Shown here: positions 55,193 to 64,000 of the stretch, one piece after another
Layout of the letters: each line of letters opens with the position of its first letter
Position numbering within the stretch: the first letter of the stretch is position 1
From: Clostridiales bacterium
GTDB taxonomy: Bacteria; Bacillota; Peptococcia; DRI-13; UBA5745
Length of the DNA stretch: 64,000 bases
Direction: 5' to 3'
NCBI GenBank assembly: GCA_038562165.1
Contig: JBCFAO010000018.1
Location: 764-64,763 of the forward strand
Notes under the pieces: model-generated
What the model was told of the DNA's origin: nothing
The model's database searches: none
What the model saw: the letters and a program-made list of their open reading frames with translations, nothing else
Position numbers and translations under genes: made by a program

Positions 55193-55507
55193 TTAGACTT
55201 CCTCTGAAACATTACGTCTGCTGTAAACAATTCTGCGAACTTCCATAACTTCGCCTATTACCACATAAAAAACGGTATAATTTCCGACATAAATACGGTA
55301 GTATGGGTATTGGCGTTCTTTTGCGGAATGGTATTGCTCAAATGCTTCCGCGCAAGAAAGCCGTTCTCGAATTGCTTGCTGTACATCGTCCACAAGCGCT
55401 TCCGCTGCGGTTGGATTCTTAAGCCGTCCCGTAATATAGTCCACGATGTCGTTCAAATCCTTCTCAAATAGAGGAAGAAACCGCAGTTTATAATCCTTTT
55501 TGTTCAT
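55193..55507 (-). CDS. type II toxin-antitoxin system RelE/ParE family toxin
   Basis: 104 aa: ..YRIYVGNYTVFYVVIGEVMEVRRIVYSRRN. Overlaps the antitoxin gene by 20 bp. Confidence 0.85.
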   Translation of the reverse strand: MNKKDYKLRFLPLFEKDLNDIVDYITGRLKNPTAAEALVDDVQQAIRERLSCAEAFEQYHSAKERQYPYYRIYVGNYTVFYVVIGEVMEVRRIVYSRRNVSEEV

Positions 55508-55757
55508 GGATGCGTCTCCTCACCCTGCTGAAAACTTCATCTTCCTTATAACGGATGCTATCTCCTGCTGCGGCTTTATCCGCCTCGTCCAGCTTCAATT
55601 CGATTTCATTTGTCAGCGCGGCGTATTGTTCCAGACTGAGTACAACCATAGAGCCATATCCGTTTTTGGTCAGATAGACAGGTTGGCCTTTTTTTACCGT
55701 GTCCTCAATTTCCGTAAACTTATTCCTTAAATCCGAAACAGGCCGAATGGTGATCAT
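55488..55757 (-). CDS. type II toxin-antitoxin system Phd/YefM family antitoxin
   Basis: MITIRPVSDLRNKFTEIEDTVKKGQPVYLTKNGYGSMVVLS. The ATG at 55757 has GGAAGGAGG 9 nt upstream. Confidence 0.85.
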   Translation of the reverse strand: MITIRPVSDLRNKFTEIEDTVKKGQPVYLTKNGYGSMVVLSLEQYAALTNEIELKLDEADKAAAGDSIRYKEDEVFSRVRRRIHEQKGL

Positions 55758-56007
55758 TTTGCACAACCTCCTTCCATTGAAATTAAAAGTACCTTGGCGC
55801 TATTTTATCATAATTACGCCATTTTGCCAATGGATTTTCGTGAAGTTCAAAAGATCATAATTCTTTGCTTAATATCTAAATTCCCCGCAAAATTAAACCA
55901 TACATCAAGAAAAGCCGCCAATGATCAGATTTGTCATGCCAAGGTTGACTCGGAATTCGCTTTTGTCCGGTCTGCAGGCTTTGTCCTCTGGTGGTGCGGA
56001 CGTTTTC

Positions 56008-56241
56008 TGTGCAAAAATGCAGGTTTGTATCCAGTAAGGGCGCCAGTTGAGCAAAAATGCAGGTTTGTAGACACCCCTTAGAGTTATGGCAGCTCAAAAA
56101 ATAAGTAGAAATGTATGCCTTGGATGTATTTAGTACCCTGGCAGAAATGAATTCACTACCAAACTGTAAAAAATGTTTAAGCTTTCAAACATTCCTGCTG
56201 ATAAGGGTCTCTAGACGAAGACAAACTTGCAATTTTGCACA
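56008..56241. repeat. Repeat locus C: two forward copies facing one reverse copy of the family motif
   Basis: TGTGCAAAAATGCAGGTTTGT (56008-56028), TGAGCAAAAATGCAGGTTTGT (56048-56068) and ACAAACTTGCAATTTTGCACA (56221-56241). The centre is 152 bp of unique sequence. Confidence 0.9.
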
Positions 56242-56335
56242 GAGGGGGGACCTCAATAAGCCAACCACCCCCTGCCGGTGGGGGCATGCCCATTTCTTTC
56301 CATTAGGTTAATAGACAATCATAAAAAAAGTTAGC

Positions 56336-56369
56336 AAAAGAGAGCCTGCCTCTAGAAGGGAAGCTCTCT
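56336..56369 (-). terminator. terminator after glpX
   Basis: AGAGAGC-17 nt-GCTCTCT followed on the minus strand by TTTTGCTAACTTTTTTT. Confidence 0.55.
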
Positions 56370-56412
56370 ATTATTTAAATTAAATCCTGATATTCTCTTG
56401 GGAATCAGTACC

Positions 56413-57432
56413 TTAATTGCCGCAGCCGCAACCGCTCAAGGGCTCCAGAACCTTCTTCAACCGCTCCGGCTTCCGGTCCAGGCGGTGCTGGGTTTCCAGG
56501 AAGCGGATAGTGCCGGTCTCTCCCCGCATGACCAGCGTGTGCGTGGTGGCAAAATCACCATAGAAGCGGACGCCTTTCAGCAGCTCGCCGTCGGTAACGC
56601 CGCTGGCGGAGAAAATCACGTCGTCGGTCTTCACCAGGTCATCTAAGGTCAAAAGCCGCTCTGCATTGCCGCCCAGCATCTGGCTGGCCCGGTAACGCTC
56701 CTCGTCATTTTCCGGCCATAAACGGCCCATAAACTCGCCGCCCAAAGAGCGCAAAGCCGCAGCAGCCAAAACCCCTTCCGGAGCGCCGCCGATGCCTACC
56801 ATCATATCGATACCGCTGCCTTCGATACCGGTAGCCACTGCCGGTGAAACATCGCCGTCGGTGATCAGCTTAATCCTGGCGCCGCTGGCCCGCAGCTCAT
56901 CGATAATCCTTTGGTGCCGGGGCCGGTCCAAAACCACCACCGTCACATCCCAAGGTTCTTTATCCAAAGCGGCCGCCACTGCCTTGACATTTTCCGTAAC
57001 AGACCAGTCCAAATGTATCTTGCCTTTACATTTGGGGCCGGCGGCAATCTTATCCATATACATATCGGGGGCGTGAAGCAGACAGCCTTTAGGCGCTATG
57101 GCCAAAGTTGCAATGGCTCCCGTCATGCCTTTGGCTACCAGATTAGTGCCTTCCAAGGGATCTACGGCAATATCCACCTCAAAACCGCAGCCCATGCCTA
57201 CCTTCTCGCCAATATACAGCATAGGGGCTTCGTCCATCTCGCCTTCCCCGATGACTACCGTGCCGTTGACGCTAACGGAGTCAAACATGGCCCGCATAGC
57301 CTCCACTGCGGCGCCGTCGGCGGCGTTTTTATCTCCTTTGCCCCACCAGCGGGCGGCAGCCAGGGCCGCTACTTCCGTAACCCGGGCCATCTCCAGGGAA
57401 AGCTCCCTGCCCATTGATTCATGATGAACCAT
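56413..57432 (-). CDS. glpX: class II fructose-1,6-bisphosphatase
   Basis: LSLEMARVTEVAALAAARWWGKGDKNAADGAAV.., DPLEGT, GGAPEG motifs. Confidence 0.95.
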   Translation of the reverse strand: MVHHESMGRELSLEMARVTEVAALAAARWWGKGDKNAADGAAVEAMRAMFDSVSVNGTVVIGEGEMDEAPMLYIGEKVGMGCGFEVDIAVDPLEGTNLVAKGMTGAIATLAIAPKGCLLHAPDMYMDKIAAGPKCKGKIHLDWSVTENVKAVAAALDKEPWDVTVVVLDRPRHQRIIDELRASGARIKLITDGDVSPAVATGIEGSGIDMMVGIGGAPEGVLAAAALRSLGGEFMGRLWPENDEERYRASQMLGGNAERLLTLDDLVKTDDVIFSASGVTDGELLKGVRFYGDFATTHTLVMRGETGTIRFLETQHRLDRKPERLKKVLEPLSGCGCGN

Positions 57433-57476
57433 AGCTAATCCTTCCTTTCAAGGGAAATCCATTATGCCGGCTGCCC

Positions 57477-58331
57477 TTAAGCTTTGCCGTTTGAGCCAAA
57501 AATTTGAATTTTTTCCCGGATTACCTCCACCATAGCCTGGCGGGCAGGCTTCAGGAGCTTGCGGGGATCGATTTCCCCCGGTTGTTTTGCCATCTCATCC
57601 CGGAGGGTATTGCAGAAGGCTTCCCGAATATTCGTATCGATATTAATTTTGCGGACGCCCAGGGAAATAGCGGTCCTCAGATCATCGGCAGGCACGCCGG
57701 AGGAACCGTGGAGAACGATGGGTACGGAAACCAAGCCTCTGATTTTCTCCAGACGGGCAAAATCCAGCTTGGGAGGCAGCTTGTAAGGGCCATGGGCGGT
57801 GCCGATGGCTACGGCCAGAGAATCCACACCGGTCTGCTCCACAAAGAGCTTGGCTTCCTGCGGGTCGGTCATCATAGCATCCCGTTCACTGACATTGATA
57901 TGGTCTTCAATACCTCCCAGCTTGCCCAGTTCGGCTTCTGTAGAAACCCGGGCGGCTCTGGCGATTTCCACAACTTTTTTTGTCATGGCCACATTTTCTT
58001 CAAAAGGCTTAGCGGAGCCGTCATACATCACACTGGTAAAACCGCCGGTAATGCACTGAATGACCTGCTCCATATCGGTACCGTGGTCCAGATGCAAAGC
58101 AATGGGAATGGAGGCGTTTTTTGCCGCTGCGTTGCACAGAGCCACTACGTAATCCAACCCGGCATACTTAATGGCTCCCTGACTGGCTTGAATGATCACC
58201 GGTGATTTTTCCTTTTCTGCCGCTTCCACAATGGCCTGGACAATCTCCATGTTGTTGCAGTTGAAGGCTCCTACGCCGTAGCCGCCTTTTTCTGCTGCGT
58301 CTAAAAGGGTTTTTACTGTGACTAATGCCAT
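57477..58331 (-). CDS. fba: class II fructose-bisphosphate aldolase
   Basis: GYGVGAFNCNNME, LHLDHG, VLHGSSG motifs. Confidence 0.95.
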   Translation of the reverse strand: MALVTVKTLLDAAEKGGYGVGAFNCNNMEIVQAIVEAAEKEKSPVIIQASQGAIKYAGLDYVVALCNAAAKNASIPIALHLDHGTDMEQVIQCITGGFTSVMYDGSAKPFEENVAMTKKVVEIARAARVSTEAELGKLGGIEDHINVSERDAMMTDPQEAKLFVEQTGVDSLAVAIGTAHGPYKLPPKLDFARLEKIRGLVSVPIVLHGSSGVPADDLRTAISLGVRKINIDTNIREAFCNTLRDEMAKQPGEIDPRKLLKPARQAMVEVIREKIQIFGSNGKA

Positions 58332-58385
58332 TTTAACCTGCCTCCTTTATATCAATTGATCCGCTCAGGGCGGGGTACGTTTATG

Positions 58386-58414
58386 GTAATAACGCCTCAG
58401 TAGAAAAGTTTCGA
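58386..58414 (-). promoter_or_regulatory. promoter module upstream of fba-glpX (TCGAAA-N17-TATTAC)
   Basis: Minus strand reads aTCGAAActtttctactgaggcgtTATTACcat, about 80 percent identical over 30 nt to the module at 6810-6838. Confidence 0.45.
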
Positions 58415-58437
58415 TTGCAGAAATTTTTCTTACCTGT

Positions 58438-60057
58438 TTATTTTTGCCGGTCTAAGGCCGCGCCGATGAAATCCCTGAATAAAGGATGGGCCCGGTTAGG
58501 CCGGGACTTGAACTCCGGCTGGAAAGAGCAAGCCACAAACCAGGGATGGTCAGGCAATTCTACGACCTCCACAAATTCGCCGTCGGAGGAGAGTCCCGCA
58601 AGGGCAAGACCGCCCTCAATAAAGGTCTGCCGATAAGCGTTGTTCATCTCCAGGCGGTGGCGGTGCCGCTCCCTGATCTCCTCACTGCCGTAAGCGGCGG
58701 CGGCTTTGGAGCCCCTTTTCAAGATACAGCCATAGCTGCCGATACGCAGGGTACCGTTTTTGCCGAAGCTGGAAGGATCGGACTTGTCATCTTTGCGGGC
58801 ATAATGGACCACTTTATCCCGGCTTTCGGGATGGGCTTCTTCCGAGCCGGCGTCCATGGACAATACATGGCGGCCATATTCCACCAAAGCTAGCTGCATA
58901 CCTAAACTTATGCCGAAGTAAGGGATTTTATTTTCCCTGGCATACTGAATAGCTAATATCTTACCCTCGATGCCCCGGGTACCGAAACCGCTGGGCACCA
59001 GTATGCCGTCGTAGCCTTCCAAAATCTCCTTGGCTTTTTCTTTGCTGGTAATATTGCCGGAGAAAATCAGGGAATGCTGGACTTCCGCCTCATGATGAAT
59101 ACCGGCGTGGCGCAAAGCTTCGCAAACGCTGAGGTAGGAGTCAGGCAGCTCCGTATATTTGCCTACTATGGCAATTTTGACTTTGTGCTTAGGATTTTTT
59201 GCGCGGCGTACCATGGCTTCCCATTCGTCCATCATGGCAGGACCGCATTCCAGGCGGAAATAATCCACTACGATATCGTCCAGACCCTCGGAACGCAAAA
59301 GCAGCGGTATCTCGTCCAGATTGTCCACATCGGGAGTCTGAATCACCGCTTCTTTGTCGATATCGCAGAATAAGGCAATCTTAGCCTCCGTATCCTTTGA
59401 TAAAGGCCGCTCGGAACGGCAAACGATGGCGTTGGGCTGGATGCCGATACTCCGCAGTTCCTTGACGCTGTGCTGAGTGGGCTTAGTCTTGGCCTCGGAG
59501 GAAGCGGAAAGATAAGGCACCAGCGTCACATGGATATACATAATATTTTCACTGCCCATATCCCGTTTCATCTGGCGAATGGCTTCAATAATCGGCAGGG
59601 ACTCAATATCGCCTACCGTACCTCCTATTTCTGTGATCACCACATCGGGATAGAGCCTGTCCGCCACTGTCCGGATAGAGTTTTTAATCTCATTGGTAAT
59701 GTGAGGAATAACCTGAACGGTTCCTCCCAGGTATTTGCCTTCCCGCTCATTGCGGATGACCCGGTCATAGACAGAGCCCATGGTAGTGCTGCAGCAGCCC
59801 GGCAATGTGCTGTCGGTGAAGCGCTCATAGTGGCCCAAGTCCAGGTCCGTCTCAGCGCCGTCATCAGTGACGAAAACCTCGCCGTGCTGAGTAGGACTCA
59901 TATTGGTAGGATCTACATTGATGTAAGGATCAAACTTCTGATTGACCACCTTCAGTCCCCGGTTTTTCAATAAGCGCCCTAAGGAGGCCGCGGTAATTCC
60001 TTTCCCCAATGAGGAAACTACTCCTCCGGTGATGAATACGTATTTTGTCGATGACAT
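58438..60057 (-). CDS. pyrG: CTP synthase
   Basis: [17 protein letters not shown], a C-terminal glutamine amidotransferase domain (GICLGMQ-like SLGMQLA), 539 aa. Confidence 0.97.
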   Translation of the reverse strand: MSSTKYVFITGGVVSSLGKGITAASLGRLLKNRGLKVVNQKFDPYINVDPTNMSPTQHGEVFVTDDGAETDLDLGHYERFTDSTLPGCCSTTMGSVYDRVIRNEREGKYLGGTVQVIPHITNEIKNSIRTVADRLYPDVVITEIGGTVGDIESLPIIEAIRQMKRDMGSENIMYIHVTLVPYLSASSEAKTKPTQHSVKELRSIGIQPNAIVCRSERPLSKDTEAKIALFCDIDKEAVIQTPDVDNLDEIPLLLRSEGLDDIVVDYFRLECGPAMMDEWEAMVRRAKNPKHKVKIAIVGKYTELPDSYLSVCEALRHAGIHHEAEVQHSLIFSGNITSKEKAKEILEGYDGILVPSGFGTRGIEGKILAIQYARENKIPYFGISLGMQLALVEYGRHVLSMDAGSEEAHPESRDKVVHYARKDDKSDPSSFGKNGTLRIGSYGCILKRGSKAAAAYGSEEIRERHRHRLEMNNAYRQTFIEGGLALAGLSSDGEFVEVVELPDHPWFVACSFQPEFKSRPNRAHPLFRDFIGAALDRQK

Positions 60058-60095
60058 TACCTTTTCCCTCCAAAATATATTAAAAATATATTATA

Positions 60096-61781
60096 CTACA
60101 TTCTTTCCGGGGCGCTGACGCCAATTAATTGCAGGACATTGCGAAGCACGATTCTGGTGGCATCGGATAAAAGCAGCCGGGCCTGGCGCAAAGGCATATC
60201 TTCTACCAGGCAGCGGCATTCTGTATAAAAGCTGTGATATAAAGCGGCCAAATCCATAGCATAGCGGGGCAGGCGGTGAGGCTCCCGGTCAATGGCAGCC
60301 TGAATGATCTCCTCCGGCAGGTCCGCTAATTTGCGGATCAGCTCAAGCTCCGCCGGGTGGATCAGGCGGCTGAGGTCTGCCTGGGACCATGGCTGATTGC
60401 TGCCGCCGGCGCCTTCCGAAGCCATTTTGAGCAGGCTGTGGATTCTGGCGTGAGCATATTGAACATAGTAAACGGGGTTTTCCGAGGACTGGGATTTTGC
60501 CAGATTTAAATCAAAGTCCATCTGGCTGTCGGCGCTGCGCATGACGAAGAAGAAACGGGCCGCATCCCGGCCGACCTCCTCCATCAGCTCATCCAAGGTG
60601 ATGTATTGGCCGCTGCGCTTGGACATTCTGACGAGCTCATCGCCCCGCAGCAGGCGGACCAATTGCATCAGGATCACTTCCAGGTCGTCGGGGTTGTAGC
60701 CTAAAGCGCCCATGGCCCCCTTCATCCTGGCTACGTGGCCGTGATGGTCGGCGCCCCAGATATCGATAAGGGTCTGGAAGCCTCGTTCAAATTTGTCCCG
60801 GTGGTAAGCGATATCCCCCGCAAAATAAGTAGGTACGCCGCTGGCCCGAACCATAACCTCGTCTTTTTCGTCGCCGAAAGCCGTGGCCTTTAGCCAAAGA
60901 GCGCCGTCCTTCTCACAAAGGAGATTCTTCTCCCCTAAAATATTGACGGTCTCCTGGATTTTGCCTTTGTCATGGAGGCTTTGCTCACTGAACCAGACAT
61001 CGTAATGGACGCCAAAATTCTCCAGGCTCCTGCGGATGGCGCTGAGCTTTTCCTGGAGGCCGGCCTGGATCATAAATTCCCGGCGCAGGCTGGATTCTAT
61101 ATGCAGGAAGCGGTCTCCCTCCCTCTCCAGAATCAGCTTGGCCGTCTCGGTAATATCCTCACCCTGATAGCCATCCTCGGGGAAAACAACCTTCTCCCCC
61201 AAAAGCTCCAGATATCTGGCTTCCAAGGACTTGCCGAAGTTTTCAATCTGGTTGCCGGCGTCATTAATGTAATACTCCCGGCTGACGAAAAAACCGGCGG
61301 CGCTGAGCACATTGCCCAGGCTATCGCCTAAAGCCGCGCCCCTGGCATTGCCCATATGAAGCAGGCCTGTGGGATTGGCGCTGACAAACTCAATCTGGAC
61401 TTTGCGGCCGCCGCCGAAATCGCTGCTGCCGTAAGCTTGATCCTCAGCCAAAATCGCTGTCAGCACCGGATGGAAATAGCCGGGAGTCAGATAAAAATTG
61501 AGAAAACCGGGACCGGCAATCTCCAGCTTGTCCAGCCAGTCCAATTCTTTAGCAAAATGGTCCAGGATAATCTGGGCAATCACCCGGGGGGCTTTGCCGG
61601 CTGCTTTTGCCATGATCATGGCAATATTAACAGCAAAATCCCCGTGGTTTTTATCACGGGGGGCATCTATCGCAAAAGCCGGCGGCTCTCCGGCAGGCAG
61701 TTGGCCGGCCTTTTCCGCCCTGCTCAGGGCTGCCAAAACCTCCTGCCGGATCAATTCTTTAATTTCTTTCACTCTATTCAT
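60096..61781 (-). CDS. argS: arginine--tRNA ligase
   Basis: ANPTGLLHMGNARG (HIGH region) and MSKRSG (KMSKS). 561 aa. Confidence 0.97.
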   Translation of the reverse strand: MNRVKEIKELIRQEVLAALSRAEKAGQLPAGEPPAFAIDAPRDKNHGDFAVNIAMIMAKAAGKAPRVIAQIILDHFAKELDWLDKLEIAGPGFLNFYLTPGYFHPVLTAILAEDQAYGSSDFGGGRKVQIEFVSANPTGLLHMGNARGAALGDSLGNVLSAAGFFVSREYYINDAGNQIENFGKSLEARYLELLGEKVVFPEDGYQGEDITETAKLILEREGDRFLHIESSLRREFMIQAGLQEKLSAIRRSLENFGVHYDVWFSEQSLHDKGKIQETVNILGEKNLLCEKDGALWLKATAFGDEKDEVMVRASGVPTYFAGDIAYHRDKFERGFQTLIDIWGADHHGHVARMKGAMGALGYNPDDLEVILMQLVRLLRGDELVRMSKRSGQYITLDELMEEVGRDAARFFFVMRSADSQMDFDLNLAKSQSSENPVYYVQYAHARIHSLLKMASEGAGGSNQPWSQADLSRLIHPAELELIRKLADLPEEIIQAAIDREPHRLPRYAMDLAALYHSFYTECRCLVEDMPLRQARLLLSDATRIVLRNVLQLIGVSAPERM

Positions 61782-61857
61782 AATACTTCCTCCATCATCA
61801 TGCTTTTATTATAGCTAAGTGGTAACGGGCCTGTCAACCGACAGGCCCGGTTTTCTG

Positions 61858-63498
61858 CTAAAGGCGAATGATTTTTTCTTCGGCTCCGGTGGTGCAATTA
61901 TAATATAACGAGAAGCGTTCTGTTCCCACAATAGCTCTGACTTCCCAAGTCAAAATTTCTTTTCCCCAATCGTCCTGAATCAGGGCCAGATTTGTTTCCT
62001 CCACCCGCAGATAAGGGCTGATAAAAGTCATCAATTTACCCCGGGTAACCAGCACTTCTTCCAAAACCCTCTCTTTATGATTGCGGTAGAAAGGGGAACC
62101 CTCATAGCCGGTGATTTTCATCTCCTGGAGATCAACCTGAACCTTAACTTGATCTGAGTAAAGCCGGACCCCTTCCTGCAGCGGCGTTAACGTATATACG
62201 CCGTAGCCCCCTTCTTCCTGGCTGTAAGCCAGTACCATATCGGGGAAATTGCGCTGGGCCAAAAAGTCAAGGGCCCGGTGGCCTCCCTGCAAAAGCCGCT
62301 CTTCAGAAGCCGCCGGCGGGCTCATCATGCCCGTTTGGCTGCCTGCATCCCGTTCGGGATCCGGTATGGCCATAGCCCACAAAACATGGCCGTCCCGCTT
62401 CACCACATCCACCTCGGCAAAGGGTATGGTGATGTTGTTTTGGACCATGGAAAGCTCTACGCTGTAAGTGGGTGTGTCCCCAACGCTTTCATAAGCTACC
62501 CGGCCTTGAAAACCGGCGGCGTTTTCGCCCAGCCAAAAGTCTTTCGCAATTTGAATGGCCAGTTCTGCCCCAATATCTTTTTCCAGTTCTTGTACCTGGT
62601 CACTGGCCGGACCCTCTGCCTGCGTTTGACCCGGTTGAGTTTCTTCTGGCTGAGTTTCGCCTGGTTGAGTTTCGCCTGGCTGAGTTTCCCTTGGCTGGGT
62701 TTCGTCCGGTTGGCCCTGCCCTTGCTGTCCCTCTGCCCCTTGGATTTCTGCCAAGGGCTTAGGCGCCCCGGTATATTCGGACGAGGGCCCTGTCAAGGCT
62801 TTCAGATCCCCGCTTATATTGATTTCCGGATACTCTGCCAGCCCCGTTTCCATAAGACTTAGCCCGTCAATAACGGCATTGGCCTCGTCTGCCTCCGGAC
62901 GCCAGAGCAATTGCTGTACATCCACCAGCTTCAAATCCTGCTCCACTACCTGGGTGGATATCTCATCCATGCTGTCTCTTAAATGCCTGGCCTGCTGATA
63001 CAGCTTCAGAACGTGCTCTTTTTCCTGAGTGACCAGCAGGTTGTCCTCCCTGGCCGTGCGCCAGAGTAAATAATAGGCGGTGTCCGCCGTGGCTCCCAAA
63101 AAATTCTCCGTTTGCTCTAAAGGCATAAAGGAAAGGGGCAGCCCCCCCAGGTTGGCTTGGGCGGCAAAGGATTGACGCCACAAGGCTGACAGGGACAAAA
63201 CCAACTGTTCCCGGGAGCTGCAGGATAATACCTGGGCCAATTGGCCTGTAATATCATCCAAATTTTGGGTTAGGTCATGAAAATCCCGCTGATAATTGTT
63301 TTCGGCTAAAGTAATCAGGCTTTCCCGCTCCCGCATCCGCATAGCGCCTTGATATACGGCGGCCACCAAAGCCGCCGCCAGACAAAGGGAAAGCAGCATC
63401 AGCCAGCGGCTCTGGCTTTTTCTCGGCGGAGCTCCTCTGCTTTCTGTGCCATTGCCATTTTGCTGCTCGGCAAATTCGTTATAACTCTTTTCACTCAT
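61858..63498 (-). CDS. ypeB: germination protein YpeB (PepSY domains)
   Basis: N-terminal TM, C-terminal PepSY-like repeats, and position immediately downstream of sleB. The ATG at 63498 has GGAAGGGAAGGG upstream; the ORF reaches 63576. Contains an (ETQPG)n insert. Confidence 0.8.
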   Translation of the reverse strand: MSEKSYNEFAEQQNGNGTESRGAPPRKSQSRWLMLLSLCLAAALVAAVYQGAMRMRERESLITLAENNYQRDFHDLTQNLDDITGQLAQVLSCSSREQLVLSLSALWRQSFAAQANLGGLPLSFMPLEQTENFLGATADTAYYLLWRTAREDNLLVTQEKEHVLKLYQQARHLRDSMDEISTQVVEQDLKLVDVQQLLWRPEADEANAVIDGLSLMETGLAEYPEINISGDLKALTGPSSEYTGAPKPLAEIQGAEGQQGQGQPDETQPRETQPGETQPGETQPEETQPGQTQAEGPASDQVQELEKDIGAELAIQIAKDFWLGENAAGFQGRVAYESVGDTPTYSVELSMVQNNITIPFAEVDVVKRDGHVLWAMAIPDPERDAGSQTGMMSPPAASEERLLQGGHRALDFLAQRNFPDMVLAYSQEEGGYGVYTLTPLQEGVRLYSDQVKVQVDLQEMKITGYEGSPFYRNHKERVLEEVLVTRGKLMTFISPYLRVEETNLALIQDDWGKEILTWEVRAIVGTERFSLYYNCTTGAEEKIIRL

Positions 63499-63518
63499 CT
63501 TTATACCCTTCCCTTCCG

Positions 63519-64000
63519 TCATTTGGCAAACACATGGTTGCCGATTCGGGCGATAATAGGACGGGACCATATCCATTTAGAAGTAGCCGTAACGGGGTTC
63601 CAATAATAGATGGCTCCGTTGCTGGGATCCCAGCCGCCTAAGGCTGCCTTGGCTGCTTTGACCGCCGATTCCGTGGGCTCCTGGTAATATTGGCCGTCTT
63701 TTACGGCGTCAAAAGCGCCGGGCTCAAAAATTACACCGTAAACTGAATTAGGGAAGTTGGGATGCTTGCAGCGGTTAATGATTACTGCCCCAACCGCCAC
63801 CTGGCCTATATAAGGTTCTCCCCGGGCTTCACCGCTGATCACTTTGGCCAGAACTGTTGTATCTTTGCTGCTGGCCGTGCCTACGCCTCTGGTTACTACC
63901 GTCAGGCTTTGTTCTTGCTCCTGATTTTCAGCCTGCAGCCACAGCCCCACTGCAAATAAGCTGGCAAAGGCAAAAAGAAAGCCCGCCAGCCATAGCGCTC
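63519..64000 (-). CDS. sleB: spore cortex-lytic cell wall hydrolase SleB (5' end outside window)
   Basis: GEARGEPYIGQVAVGAVIINR..FPNSVYGVIFEPGAFDAV..WYW hydrolase_2 motifs. The reading frame stays open through 63998 (..ALWLAGFLFAFASLFAV..), so the start lies beyond the window. Confidence 0.8.
   Translation of the reverse strand, partial: ALWLAGFLFAFASLFAVGLWLQAENQEQEQSLTVVTRGVGTASSKDTTVLAKVISGEARGEPYIGQVAVGAVIINRCKHPNFPNSVYGVIFEPGAFDAVKDGQYYQEPTESAVKAAKAALGGWDPSNGAIYYWNPVTATSKWIWSRPIIARIGNHVFAK

Overview
This window looks like an origin-proximal chromosomal segment of an endospore-forming Firmicute (Clostridia/Peptococcaceae-like). bofA, yaaL, sleB and ypeB are present, the cell-wall genes are of the SLH/CsaB type, and GC is mid-range. 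Most of it is conserved housekeeping sequence, almost all on the minus strand:
- dnaX-ybaB-recR-yaaL-bofA
- a TetR-controlled RND efflux operon, then cls
- a secondary cell-wall polymer cluster (SH3b protein, WecA/TagO-like GT4, murJ, csaB, DUF5693-like)
- lysS-greA, then dusB
- chrA halves, ggt, coaX and an OPT transporter
- folP-folB-folK
- ftsH, tilS, asd, glxK
- a COG2984-type ABC importer
- glpX-fba-pyrG-argS
- ypeB-sleB

Accessory, mostly AT-richer insertions interrupt this backbone:
- helD plus a DUF1848 gene
- a small secreted protein with Spo0A-box-like sites
- a minimal GIY-YIG / DUF6530-like two-gene operon
- an AAA+/DUF4143 ATPase with a PD-(D/E)xK-like tail, inserted with its own promoter inside the fol operon
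- a RelE/Phd toxin-antitoxin pair

I found no rRNA, tRNA, CRISPR array or intact IS/transposase.

The most unusual signal is non-coding. A ~21-28 bp motif (core CAAAAWTKCARGTTTGT) occurs at least 17 times in three long ORF-free intergenic regions (857-1611, 21364-21650, 56008-56241). It always forms 40-41 bp-period tandem arrays that face each other across a unique 80-150 bp centre. One of these regions is a 1.2 kb island packed with further repeats: a 16-bp VNTR, an 8-bp A-tract repeat, a perfect 22-bp inverted-repeat pair, a G-run tandem repeat and a 55-bp perfect palindrome. I cannot assign this family to a known element.

Other candidates are an inverted-repeat-bounded 262-bp element with convergent promoters upstream of dnaX, a triple 30-bp-period palindrome array in front of an orphan Trp-rich protein, and an 11-bp GGA-repeat leader on glxK.

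All protein family names come from motifs I recognised by eye. No database search, HMM or folding program was run. Motif coordinates were counted by hand.
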